A DNA stretch of 64,000 bases, taken from a virus. Taxonomy: Duplodnaviria > Heunggongvirae > Uroviricota > Caudoviricetes. The number at the start of each line of letters is the position of its first letter. Position 1 is the first letter of the stretch. The stretch lies in IMG/VR virus record IMGVR_UViG_2915331061_000005; one strand, 5' to 3'. This document shows positions 1-7,943 of the stretch, piece after piece. Both the position numbers and the translations under genes were made by a program. The notes below the pieces were generated by a model. That model did no database searches. It was given only the letters and a program-made list of their open reading frames with translations, and was not told where the DNA came from.

Positions 1-114
1 GATAGCCGTCCATGCAGTAAAAGGCACTCCCCGTGCCGACAAAAATTCTGCCGCCGTTGTTGATTACCTCACAATGACCGCAGTTCTTGATCTGGGCAGC
101 CAGTGCAGAAAGTT

Positions 115-300
115 TCATCTTTTCACCACCTCCACGTCAGGATCACCGTCTTCGATGAACTCAGGATAGGCACTCTTTGCGCGTTTCCTCGCTTCGCGGA
201 CTGCCGCATTCGCATTTTTTGCTTCCAGCTTATACGGCAGATACATATTTTCTTTCGTATAGCTGTCAATGCCAAACAACATGATGCTGAACTTCGCCAT
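115..300 (-). CDS. Small conserved hypothetical protein (MAKFSIMLFGIDSYTK...), paralog at 53163..53369
   Basis: Internal ATG of ORF 115..411 preceded by GAAGGGAG RBS. The 61-aa product is ~60 % identical to the copy in module B. Confidence 0.5.
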   Translation of the reverse strand: MAKFSIMLFGIDSYTKENMYLPYKLEAKNANAAVREARKRAKSAYPEFIEDGDPDVEVVKR

Positions 301-380
301 CGTCTGCTCCCTTCTGTTTATTTTTCTTTCGGTGGGCATTTCCGGGCTTGAACCGGGTGGGGCCTGTCCCATGCTCATAT

Positions 381-410
381 AAAAAGAAGCCGCCGCGCCG
401 GGCGGCTCCA
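381..410 (-). terminator. Intrinsic terminator hairpin (GGAGCCGCCCGGCGCGGCGGCTTC then U-tract) upstream of the small gene
   Basis: GC-rich inverted repeat followed by TTTTTATAT on the minus strand. Conserved at 53431..53459. Confidence 0.4.
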
Positions 411-424
411 CGCTTTACCTATGC

Positions 425-652
425 TTATCTTCCCATGGGTTGATATCTATTTGCGCACTCCATATTCGTGCAAAATCGTTCTGTTCCAATGATTTTCAGC
501 GGTTTCCCGCAATACGGGCAAAACGTTGGCTTAGGTTGCGGTTGGCCTTCTCCCTCTAAACTCTGTTGCAACCGATAGAGTGCGCACATGAACGATCCCG
601 GCTGCACATACAGTACACATCGTTCCCTTGCTCTGCAAATATCGCAATTCAT
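425..652 (-). CDS. Zinc-ribbon protein (two CxxC pairs)
   Basis: 75-aa ORF with CDIC...CPYCG...C..C motifs. Confidence 0.45.
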   Translation of the reverse strand: MNCDICRARERCVLYVQPGSFMCALYRLQQSLEGEGQPQPKPTFCPYCGKPLKIIGTERFCTNMECANRYQPMGR

Positions 653-656
653 TTTT

Positions 657-839
657 TTACCTCATCAAATACAGCCAGCAGAATTTCACCAGCCCCGCCG
701 GGACAAGCACAGCCGCCACCAGCCAGAGAACAGCTGCCGCGATCACCAGCGCCGCGAAAATTCCGGTCGCTTCTATCTTTCCGATTTTTACTTTATGATC
801 CATGTTTTTAGCCATTTCCCCTATCTTTGAAGTCCACAA
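657..839 (-). CDS. Small membrane protein
   Basis: 60-aa ORF with one strongly hydrophobic helix (IFAALVIAAAVLWLVAAVLV). Confidence 0.35.
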   Translation of the reverse strand: MWTSKIGEMAKNMDHKVKIGKIEATGIFAALVIAAAVLWLVAAVLVPAGLVKFCWLYLMR

Positions 840-1065
840 ATCGATCTTCTTCGTCTATCATGAACTCGTCAGCGTTCCACACTTCTTTGCAATCCAGACA
901 GTATGCTGTCTGACATTCCATCGGACCCGATGTGCTTCTTGTTCTTTTCTTTAGGAGTTTTCCACGCTTTCCAAGTAACTGGTCATAAGAAAACATCCAG
1001 TGATCCGACACTATAATCTGCCCACCGCAAACCGGGCAGGCTTTGCATTCAGTTCCCTCTCTCAT
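808..1065 (-). CDS. Zinc-ribbon/zinc-finger protein
   Basis: CKACPVCG ... CLDCKEVW cysteine pairs. Confidence 0.45.
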   Translation of the reverse strand: MREGTECKACPVCGGQIIVSDHWMFSYDQLLGKRGKLLKKRTRSTSGPMECQTAYCLDCKEVWNADEFMIDEEDRFVDFKDRGNG

Positions 1066-1066
1066 T

Positions 1067-1606
1067 TTATTTTCCCTTTATGATCCAGACCCGGTGTTCG
1101 CCGTATCCTTCCCAGTTCAGTGCATCCTCATGGCTGCCAGAAACAGCCACGTCCAGCTTATTGCCTTGAATGGCTGCACCGCGATCCTGCACAACGCGCA
1201 CGCCAATGTTTTCTATGTACAGAACGGTTCCAAACGGCAGGCTTTCATCTGCTGCAACAGTCAGCCCCGCCGTCACCGGTGCGCCGCTGGCGGTGATTCC
1301 GTGTCCTTCTCCGCAAATGTGCGGGTATTCTTCTGTGCAGTACGCCGTACACAGAAATTCCCCGGCATATTCCTTTGTCAGTCCATCTGGCAGGGCATTT
1401 TCATTGGCGGCAGTCTGTAACTGGTCGATAACTTCTTCATCCTGAATTGCTCTGTCCTGCCAGTTTGCCAGACGGGCGGAATAGATAATACGCTGCCCTT
1501 CCAGATCATCAATGCGTCTCTGCATCACCGCAACTTTTGTGGCATTGACAATTTCCGCCGCAAAGAACAGTACCAGAATCGCCTTTGTTTTCGCTGTCAT
1601 TTCCAA
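1067..1606 (-). CDS. 3D-domain (MltA/YuiC-like) cell-wall binding/lytic protein with N-terminal signal/TM
   Basis: TAYCTEEYPHICGEGHGITASG...VAADESLPFGTVLYIENIGVRVVQDRGAAIQGNKLDV matches the 3D (Asp-rich) domain. Paralog at 55645..56181. Confidence 0.65.
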   Translation of the reverse strand: MEMTAKTKAILVLFFAAEIVNATKVAVMQRRIDDLEGQRIIYSARLANWQDRAIQDEEVIDQLQTAANENALPDGLTKEYAGEFLCTAYCTEEYPHICGEGHGITASGAPVTAGLTVAADESLPFGTVLYIENIGVRVVQDRGAAIQGNKLDVAVSGSHEDALNWEGYGEHRVWIIKGK

Positions 1607-3117
1607 ACCTCCTTTTCGTCACCGCGATTGGAAACTCTTCTATTTCACTTGCCCAGCGTGCCGTGCCTTTCCCGTATGTAGTCTCCCACACTAGAGGAAA
1701 GCCACCAATTCCGTCAAACAAGCTACCCAGCGTTGCGCCCGCCGGAAGGTATTGCTTCATTTTCTGGGCGATCCAGAACCATTGCGGAAGCGCGATGCTG
1801 TTTCCCAGTGCCTTATAACGCGGGCTGTCTGCCGCCTTGTGCTTTTTCCCTTTGGTGTCCGTCCATTCTCCAATGTCCGTCCACCCGTCCGGGTATCCTT
1901 GCAGGCGCTCGCACTCTGTCGGGGTCAACCTGCGCACGATCCATTGTATCGTCTTTTCTATCACCGCTGCGTCGTGTCTTTCCGCGTACAATGTGCCCAT
2001 TTTTTCCACTTCGTATCCAATTCCGTTCGCCTTTGCTCCTGCTTTATAGGCAAAGCCAGCGCATAGCCGTTCGCGTCGATACTCCAAAGCTACCGCCTGT
2101 GGGTCGTGCATTGTGGTTAACGTGCCGGATGTTTCTTTGCTTGCGGAAACATTCGTTTGCCCATTCCCAACGCCATAGCTCGCCGTCAGGATAGCGGTAT
2201 AGTCCGTCACTCTGCTTTCGTGATCCCCGGTAATGGTCGGCACTGTCTTGCCATCACCGTTTCCCCGTGCATCAAAGACCTTATACGCTACTGCTGGACG
2301 GTCAACAGTGTTCAGCGTGTAGCTCTGGTTTTCCTTCACGCCGGAACCATTTGCGCCGGCCGTTTCAGAGCGATCAATAATGTTTCCTGCCAGGCAATAG
2401 ACCGGCTGAAAAAGGGTCTGATCCTGTAGCGTCGAAAGTGTTCCTGTTTTTTCGGTCTGCACCAGTGCACCTTTGCCGCCCCCGGCACAGCCTGACCGGA
2501 TTTTCAAGGTGTAGGCTTGCCCCCCCTGCTGGCCCACCATTCGATCATTTCCAGTAGGGCGGTTTCCAGCAGTTCTTGTAGCTTCTTGCCACGTCGGGAT
2601 GCTCTGGTCAGGATGCCCCGGCAAGCTTTCGCGCTCAAATAGTATTTCTCCGGCACGTCCACCTGCAAAATCCACGACAAGAGCGATACGTTTTCTTCTC
2701 TGGGGCACTCCCCAATATTGAGCGTCAAGCTGTCGCCAAGCCAGAGACCATCCATTTCCGGCGATTGCTCCGGCTTTGCTCCATCTGCCCCCCCCTCGGA
2801 GGTCTAGGAATTGAAGCGTCTGGTTCTTCCACGCGGGCAAGTTCTTCCAGCACGGCGCGGAAGTCTTCTCCGCCGTTTGAACTGAACGCTCCGGGAACAT
2901 TTTCCCAAATAACGACAACTGGATAACTTCCATGTGTCGCCCTCCTCATTTCTTTGATGATCCGAACTGCTTCCATGAACAATCCCGACCGTTCTCCCGC
3001 AAGTCCCGCCCGCCGCCCAGCAATGGAAAGGTCTTGGCATGGGCTGCCGAAGGTGATGCAATACACGGGTTCTATCTGGTCGCCATGTATCTTTGTGATA
3101 TCTCCAAGGTGGATCAC
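1509..3117 (-). CDS. DNA (cytosine-5)-methyltransferase, circularly permuted (motif order IV-VI-VIII-TRD-IX-X-I-II), split into two frames at a G8 tract (plus-strand C8 at 2768..2775)
   Basis: ORF 2725..3117 has GDI...FGSPCQDLSIAG (motifs III/IV) and ENVPG (VI). ORF 1509..2933 has YWGVPQRRKRIALV (VIII), RLTPTECERLQGYPDGWT (IX), ALGNSIALP (X), then LFDGIGGF (I) and ASEIEEFPIAV (II) near its C-terminus. The frames differ by one nucleotide at the homopolymer. Confidence 0.7.
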
Positions 3118-3431
3118 TTCTTGTCACCCCACCTTGCTTTATGGGGTAAGTCCTGGCACGGGCTGCTGCCGATCAAATAATCCGCCACAATTTCGCCATC
3201 TTCTGCCCACTTCATTCCCAGAAAATCCGCAACGCCGAAACTGCCGTCTTCGCAGCAATGCGTTTCTTGTACAAGCGGTTGGTTTTCAAGTTTCTTCAAC
3301 GGCCCAATTCCACTGGCGGTAAACGCCGCATTTGCCGTTGCGGTCCAGGCTGTCTCTTTATCACCAGTTCCGCCGTTGGTGAAGGTCTTCCCGCACAGCC
3401 TGCACCTGAACGTCATGTAGTACCCTTTCAT
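3114..3431 (-). CDS. Zinc-ribbon protein
   Basis: Internal start MKGYYMTFRCRLCGK...; CRLC and HCC motifs. ATGA overlap with the MTase start. Confidence 0.4.
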   Translation of the reverse strand: MKGYYMTFRCRLCGKTFTNGGTGDKETAWTATANAAFTASGIGPLKKLENQPLVQETHCCEDGSFGVADFLGMKWAEDGEIVADYLIGSSPCQDLPHKARWGDKK

Positions 3432-3461
3432 TGTTCTTCTCCCTTCTGCTTTTTGTTCTTG

Positions 3462-3538
3462 CACGGGTGGCCGGAATCGAACCGGCTTGCCTGCCGCTGG
3501 GGGATCAGGACGGCAGGCAACTTCCTTACTACACCCGC
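3462..3538 (-). ncRNA. tRNA-like structured element (7-bp acceptor-like stem, 9-bp hairpin with 14-nt loop, canonical T-arm GCCGG-TTCGATT-CCGGC); non-canonical, no D-arm
   Basis: Minus strand GCGGGTG...TGCCTGCCG-TCCTGATCCCCCAG-CGGCAGGCA-A-GCCGGTTCGATTCCGGC-CACCCGT-G. Conserved copy at 57773..57849. Confidence 0.35.
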
Positions 3539-3539
3539 A

Positions 3540-3577
3540 TATCAAAACCCACCGCGCAAGAGAGGTGGCGCGGTGGG
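3540..3577 (-). terminator. Intrinsic terminator (CCACCGCGC-loop-GCGCGGTGG then GTTTTGATAT) immediately 5' of the tRNA-like element
   Basis: Perfect 9-bp stem plus U-tract on the minus strand. Conserved, with a G-U pair, at 57856..57890. Confidence 0.4.
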
Positions 3578-3955
3578 GCGACCCGTTGCGGTCGGGTCTG
3601 CTGCCTTTTGCCTGGGCAATTGGGACAGGGCGTTTCTGCGCTCACGCTGCGACGTGCCGTTCAGCTTATGCCGGACTGCCATGCGGGCACGGTTTAGGAA
3701 ATACGGACAGGTCGGATTTTCACCGCCTTATACGGAAGGTTAGCGCTGCTTTTTCAGCATCCGTATTTCCCTGCCAGTTTTGGAAGATGAAACCTTGACC
3801 GGCTTCCATGGAATATGCGAGCAAAGCGGCGCAGGCGGGGTTCGACCCCGCTCCCAGCGTGCTGCGGGCACACCCTGCGCCATATAAAAGCCGCCCGGCC
3901 TTCACACATGACAACTGCTGCTTATCTGCTGAAAACTCTGGCCGGGCGGCTACAT

Positions 3956-4402
3956 TCAGTTTGTTTTGTGGTGCGTCACACTGTATTCTTCGCATTCCTT
4001 GTTGTACCCGTCGCAGGGCGCGCACCGCTGCGACGTGATACGGAACGTGTGTTGGCACTGTTCGCCCTTCTTCGGGGCTGGATGGGTCTTTGTGGACCTC
4101 GCAAGATTTTTCATTTCTTTTGCTTTATATAAATAAGTAGCAGTGCCCAGCGGCACCGTGTTCAGATGGAGCTTTGGTTGAACCCTGCGTGTCCGGTAAC
4201 GGCGCTTGTTGTGAATGGCCCATCCGGGCGTTTCCGGCGGCAAAAGCGTGTATGTCAAATCGTCCAGACCTTCACAGAAGCGTTTGACGCTCTCTGTGAT
4301 TTTCTCAAACGAGTCTATAATTATCTGGCGCATTTTCATCAAATCGCCCACCGGATCTTCGGACCATTCCCGCGTGCCGTGCTCAGGATCGGTTACTATC
4401 AT
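3956..4402 (-). CDS. Hypothetical protein; C-terminal 52 aa is a conserved Cys-rich module (EQCQHTF..RCAPC.GY..C) that occurs as a separate small gene at 58248..58421
   Basis: ORF 3956..4429. Its C-terminal segment aligns with the module-B small protein. Confidence 0.4.
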   Translation of the reverse strand: MIVTDPEHGTREWSEDPVGDLMKMRQIIIDSFEKITESVKRFCEGLDDLTYTLLPPETPGWAIHNKRRYRTRRVQPKLHLNTVPLGTATYLYKAKEMKNLARSTKTHPAPKKGEQCQHTFRITSQRCAPCDGYNKECEEYSVTHHKTN

Positions 4403-4547
4403 GCGCTTCCTTTTCCTTCCGCGCCGCAAACTGTGCAGCGCCCTCCGGGTATCTGGTGGGCTTCCCGGTCAGGTCTGCCGTTGCGGCAAACTCCCGCAGG
4501 ATATGCAGCAGAGGGACAGCAACAACGCCGGTTACTTTCACGCTCAT
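4383..4547 (-). CDS. Small conserved hypothetical (KPTRYPEGAAQF motif), paralog at 58995..59147
   Basis: Internal start MSVKVTG... of ORF 4383..4595. RPTRYPAGRAEF is conserved in copy B. Confidence 0.35.
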   Translation of the reverse strand: MSVKVTGVVAVPLLHILREFAATADLTGKPTRYPEGAAQFAARKEKEAHDSNRS

Positions 4548-4551
4548 AGGT

Positions 4552-5040
4552 TCAGCCCCCGTTCTTGTCTTTCCGTGCCTGCTTGTCCACCGCACTGATG
4601 ATGTGCTTTACCACTTCTTCCATGGGCATATCACCTGCCGGGACCTTGAACATCACGCCCTGCGCCTGACCCGGATTTTCCTTTGCCTGCTTCATTGCAT
4701 CTGCAATAATTTTCTCCATCATGCTGTCCACGTCGCCGGGCTGGCTTGCGGAAGGATCATTCCGCTTTTCTGCCGTGGCGGCAGTGGCAACAGGTTCAGC
4801 GGCAGGTGCGTTGCCATACTCGCGCTTCCATATGGATTCAAACCGTTCGGCGATGATTGCTTTCGCTATGGTCATGACGGCTTCTGCCTTCTTGCGGTTG
4901 CCGTTGCTGGCATCTGCAACGGTGTGTGCAACTGCTATTGCCGCCATAAAAACTTGATCCGTACTGTCTCCCATTGTTTCCACGCTGAGCGAAGTTTCGC
5001 TCTTCATCTTCACGACCAGTTCTGCAATGTTCTTGCCCAT
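4552..5040 (-). CDS. Hypothetical protein
   Basis: 162-aa ORF, acidic, no recognisable motif. Confidence 0.45.
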   Translation of the reverse strand: MGKNIAELVVKMKSETSLSVETMGDSTDQVFMAAIAVAHTVADASNGNRKKAEAVMTIAKAIIAERFESIWKREYGNAPAAEPVATAATAEKRNDPSASQPGDVDSMMEKIIADAMKQAKENPGQAQGVMFKVPAGDMPMEEVVKHIISAVDKQARKDKNGG

Positions 5041-5054
5041 AACACGACTTCCTT

Positions 5055-5357
5055 TCAGGACGGCGCATTTCCGCCCACGTCACTAGTACCAGTGGCTTCA
5101 TACGAATATTCTTTCAGCTCAATGTCCTGTACGCTGTCTTCATCCAACCACTTATTGATGATGTTAAACAGGTATTGCTTGCGCATCTGAATAATGTTCT
5201 TGTTGGTGGTGCCCAGAGAAAACATCTTGATAGCAACGCTCGCTACAAGCCGGGTCAGTTCATCTCCCTGCCCGTTCATTTCCACATAGACACTTTTCTT
5301 CTCTGGCGCATCATGGCCCGTGAAAAACGCCAGAATATGCGTTTTGCTCTTATCCAT
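5055..5357 (-). CDS. Hypothetical protein (AF.HG...NGQGD family, homolog of 59526..59875)
   Basis: Start MDKSKTHILAFFTGHD with AAGGGAGACG RBS. Shares the pattern ILAFFTGHD...NGQGDEL with B copy YAFIHGE...GNGLDLL. Confidence 0.45.
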   Translation of the reverse strand: MDKSKTHILAFFTGHDAPEKKSVYVEMNGQGDELTRLVASVAIKMFSLGTTNKNIIQMRKQYLFNIINKWLDEDSVQDIELKEYSYEATGTSDVGGNAPS

Positions 5358-5370
5358 GTAGTCGTCTCCC

Positions 5371-5796
5371 TTACGAAGGCAGGCCGTCGTCTGCATCCTG
5401 CGGTCTGCTGCCGGTGCCCGCCCGGTCGTCCACAGCAGCGCCAGAGCAGGTAGCACAGTCACCGAAGCACCCGGTGTTCGTGTTCTCTTTCAGCTTTGCC
5501 ATCGCTTGCGCAATAGCGGTTGCCTTTTCGCCGTGCCACTGGACGCTATGGTCTTTGCCATATTCGATCTCGCTGTTGCGGGCGTTCCATGCATCATCCA
5601 GCATACCGTCCAGCTGGTTCTTCATGTCATCCAGCATCTTAATCGCCCGTTCCTTTTCCGGGCTGGACTGCACGATTACGTCAGCCAGCGCCATAGCCGC
5701 GATCTGTGCGATATCTCCCGCGTGGCCGTCAACCTGAATTTCGACATCATCGCCATCCAGAGCGACAGCCAAATAGGCATCCCATCTTTTCTCCAT
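5371..5796 (-). CDS. Hypothetical protein
   Basis: 141-aa ORF with RBS AAAGGACAAAAG. Confidence 0.45.
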   Translation of the reverse strand: MEKRWDAYLAVALDGDDVEIQVDGHAGDIAQIAAMALADVIVQSSPEKERAIKMLDDMKNQLDGMLDDAWNARNSEIEYGKDHSVQWHGEKATAIAQAMAKLKENTNTGCFGDCATCSGAAVDDRAGTGSRPQDADDGLPS

Positions 5797-5830
5797 CTTT
5801 TGTCCTTTCTATTGGTGTGAATCTTCGGTC

Positions 5831-5894
5831 TGGTGGAGCATCCCGGAATCGAACCGGTTCCGGGGCTACACCCCCGGACGCGCCTGCATACTCC
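5831..5894 (-). ncRNA. Minimal tRNA-like element ending in CTCCACCA (acceptor GGAGTAT/ATGCTCC, 7-bp hairpin, T-arm ACCGG-TTCGATT-CCGGG, discriminator A, CCA)
   Basis: Minus strand GGAGTATGCAGGCGCG-TCCGGGG-GTGTAG-CCCCGGA-ACCGGTTCGATTCCGGG-ATGCTCC-A-CCA. Only 64 nt, with no D-arm and no canonical anticodon loop. Confidence 0.35.
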
Positions 5895-5895
5895 A

Positions 5896-5927
5896 TAAAA
5901 CGGGCGGCTTGACAGGCTGCCGCCCAC
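5896..5927 (-). terminator. Intrinsic terminator (GGGCGGC-loop-GCCGCCC then GTTTTAT) immediately 5' of the tRNA-like element
   Basis: 7-bp GC stem plus U-tract. Same terminator-then-tRNA-like architecture as 3462..3577. Confidence 0.4.
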
Positions 5928-6066
5928 CCATGCGGGCCGCCCTATGTATTCTTTCAGTCCTCAGTAGGTAGGACCCCCGACTGTCGGAATGGCCGGGGCA
6001 GCCGTCTGCGTCCCCACGTTTCCGGCTGCATGGTGGGCGTGATTCGGTGCGCCCAGACCTTTGCGG

Positions 6067-6312
6067 CTAATCTCGTGGGTCTCTGCCGCCGATCAGCACG
6101 CCGCCCAGCAGTAGGATCAGCCACACCAACGCCACCACGCCCATGCCAAACTCCGTTATTACTTTGACCCAGTACAGCAGCGCTGTCAGGATGACGGCCA
6201 GAACCAGCGTTCCCGCCAGAACGGCCACCAGAATAATCAGGTTCATTTCGCTTTTCGCCCTTTCTTCTGCTTGTGCTGCCGCGTCTGCCGGGACTTCCGG
6301 CGGTCTTTGCAC
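6067..6312 (-). CDS. Small membrane protein (two TM helices)
   Basis: LIILVAVLAGTLVLAVILTALLYW...VVALVWLILLLGGVLIGG. Confidence 0.45.
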   Translation of the reverse strand: MQRPPEVPADAAAQAEERAKSEMNLIILVAVLAGTLVLAVILTALLYWVKVITEFGMGVVALVWLILLLGGVLIGGRDPRD

Positions 6313-6363
6313 GGGCGGCAGTACAGCGTGGTCAGCGTGTCGAACCGGCGGTACGCCCCGCCG

Positions 6364-6711
6364 TCATGCCTTTTCTTGCTGTTGTTCATGTTCCTTCCGC
6401 TTCCTGTTCCTCTCGATCAGATTATCCAGCTCTTCCCAGGCCTTCTGCTCTTTCAGCAGTTCGTCTAAGCGCCAGTACCCGTATGACTTGCCCGCTGCGT
6501 CCGCCTTGCGCACATCGGCGGTCAGCGGATCAGCGGGCGGGTTCTTATACTTCTTGCGTACCCGTTCCGCAAATCGTTCTGCGCAAACGGGGCACCGCCG
6601 GGCGGTGACATTATTTGAAAGGATCACCGCCCCGCAGTCAACGCAGGTCTTGATTATCACCGGTCCATTCCCCCTTGTGGTTCTGGATGTAGCGCCGGAT
6701 ATCCTCCGCAA
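6364..6711 (-). CDS. Zinc-ribbon protein; conserved C-terminal DVRKADAAGKSYGYWRLDE motif (paralog 60039..60224)
   Basis: CVDCG...CPVC. The C-terminal region aligns with the B-copy protein. Confidence 0.45.
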   Translation of the reverse strand: MRRISGATSRTTRGNGPVIIKTCVDCGAVILSNNVTARRCPVCAERFAERVRKKYKNPPADPLTADVRKADAAGKSYGYWRLDELLKEQKAWEELDNLIERNRKRKEHEQQQEKA

Positions 6712-6798
6712 ACTTTTTGCGCTTCCTGCGCTCTATCACTTCAAAGATGGTGTACATCGCCGCACACACCACGACGACCGCCACCGCCGCCGCGCCCA

Positions 6799-7044
6799 TC
6801 ATCTGGCACGCTCCCGCTTCAGCTGCTTTTCCAGCTCTAAGCGTTCGCACTCCCAGCGATACCGCCGGACACGCTCTTCCAGCAGGTTCACCTTCTGTTC
6901 CAGCTTCGTGGTGTAGCTGATGCTGCACCAGCCCCATGTCAGCAGGGCAGCAATGGTGACGATCAGTGCAAACCACGCCACCGGCTCCCGTGCGGCTGCC
7001 TGGGCGGCATCCACGCCGTAGAACCACATAATAAAGTTCCTCAT
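6799..7044 (-). CDS. Membrane plus coiled-coil small protein
   Basis: N-terminal TM helix, C-terminal LEERVRRYRWECERLELEKQLKRERAR. RBS AAGGAGAG. Confidence 0.45.
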   Translation of the reverse strand: MRNFIMWFYGVDAAQAAAREPVAWFALIVTIAALLTWGWCSISYTTKLEQKVNLLEERVRRYRWECERLELEKQLKRERAR

Positions 7045-7200
7045 GCCTGTTCGCTCTCCTTCTTGTCTTCCGGTGCCTGTGCACCAGCCTTTGCCAGCTT
7101 CATGCCCTGAACCACGCCTGCGATATAGGTCGCTGCTTCCGGGTTCTCTGCCAGCAGTTCGGCCATTTCCTTGCTCTGGCTCTTGTCTTTCTCGCTCATG
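7041..7200 (-). CDS. Unlisted small ORF (MSEKDKSQSKEMAELLAENPEAATYIAGVVQGMKLAKAGAQAPEDKKESEQA), stop overlapping the next start (ATGA)
   Basis: RBS AAAGGAGCG eight nt upstream. Translationally coupled to 6799..7044. Confidence 0.3.
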
Positions 7201-7238
7201 CTCTCACGCTCCTTTGTTGTCTGCTCCTTCCCGTCGTG

Positions 7239-7490
7239 CTATAATATGGTGCCATTGGTGATAAGCAGCGCCGCCGGGAAGTCCGGGTCGTAGTTGAACT
7301 CGATCCGGGCTTTTGCTTTGTGGTCAATAAATCTCACGACTGCCCCGATTTCTCCCAACTTCTGAAACGCTTCTTCCTTGCGCCACACGCCGATTCCTAT
7401 GCCGTTGCAATGAATCTCTTCCGGCTTGTAGCCGTAGTGTTTCAGCACTTCGTCCACGTCGAGTTCATCAAATGCTTTTTTGTGGATCAC
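7239..7490 (-). CDS. Conserved hypothetical (DEVLKHYGYKPEE...KAKARIEFNYDPDFPAALLIT); paralogs at 60523..60810 and 61062..61372
   Basis: >70 % identity to the C-terminal half of the B-copy proteins. GTG start after GGGGGTGAAG. Confidence 0.5.
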   Translation of the reverse strand: MIHKKAFDELDVDEVLKHYGYKPEEIHCNGIGIGVWRKEEAFQKLGEIGAVVRFIDHKAKARIEFNYDPDFPAALLITNGTIL

Positions 7491-7574
7491 ACTTCTTCAC
7501 CCCCTTTTCTGTTGCTCTCGTGTTGCCCATCTCCTCCCGCCGTGGTACAATAGCCACAGAAAGGAGGTGTAAAA

Positions 7575-7943
7575 ATGAGCCTGTCGTTAACTAAAAAGGC
7601 TATCCTTGCCGGATACGCTCATTCCATTTCTCTTAAGGGATTTGAAACAAATCGCCTGTTTCTCGTCACCGCCGCTGGCATCATCAGCGGTATTCCTGTG
7701 TTTGATGAAAAAACAGACAATTTGAATGTTACCGTTGCACAGACGCTCAACTCTGCGGCTCTTGAAGCTGTTTCTAAGGCTGATAGCCCCGATGAAGAGC
7801 GTTCCGCTGGAAGCGGCGAGTTCATTCTGTTAAGGGATGCTCGGTTTGAAGCCACAACTCCCGTTGTGAACTTCCCCATTCTGACCGTGTTCTACGATCA
7901 GATCATTGCCGTGAGCCTTGGTACTGACCCCACCAATCGTTAA
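7575..7943 (+). CDS. Hypothetical protein
   Basis: Strong RBS AAAGGAGG 8 nt upstream, preceded by -10-like TACAAT. Confidence 0.45.
   Translation: MSLSLTKKAILAGYAHSISLKGFETNRLFLVTAAGIISGIPVFDEKTDNLNVTVAQTLNSAALEAVSKADSPDEERSAGSGEFILLRDARFEATTPVVNFPILTVFYDQIIAVSLGTDPTNR

Noticed and set aside
3462-3538. tRNA-like element as the phage attachment site (prophage boundary)
   Set aside because: Sequence homology between the two module copies continues on both sides of the element, so it lies inside the conserved module and is not at a junction.
3720-4058. 112-aa minus-strand ORF
   Set aside because: It overlaps a terminator hairpin and the start of the conserved Cys-rich gene. It has no RBS and no counterpart in module B.
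5831-6060. tmRNA (ssrA) on the minus strand, suggested by the CTCCACCA 3' end and TTCGATT T-loop
   Set aside because: No 5' GGGG acceptor partner ~350 nt upstream and no tag-peptide reading frame ending in hydrophobic residues plus stop. The coding gene 6067..6312 abuts. The acceptor partner (GGAGTAT) lies only 64 nt upstream, so the element is a miniature tRNA-like structure and not tmRNA.
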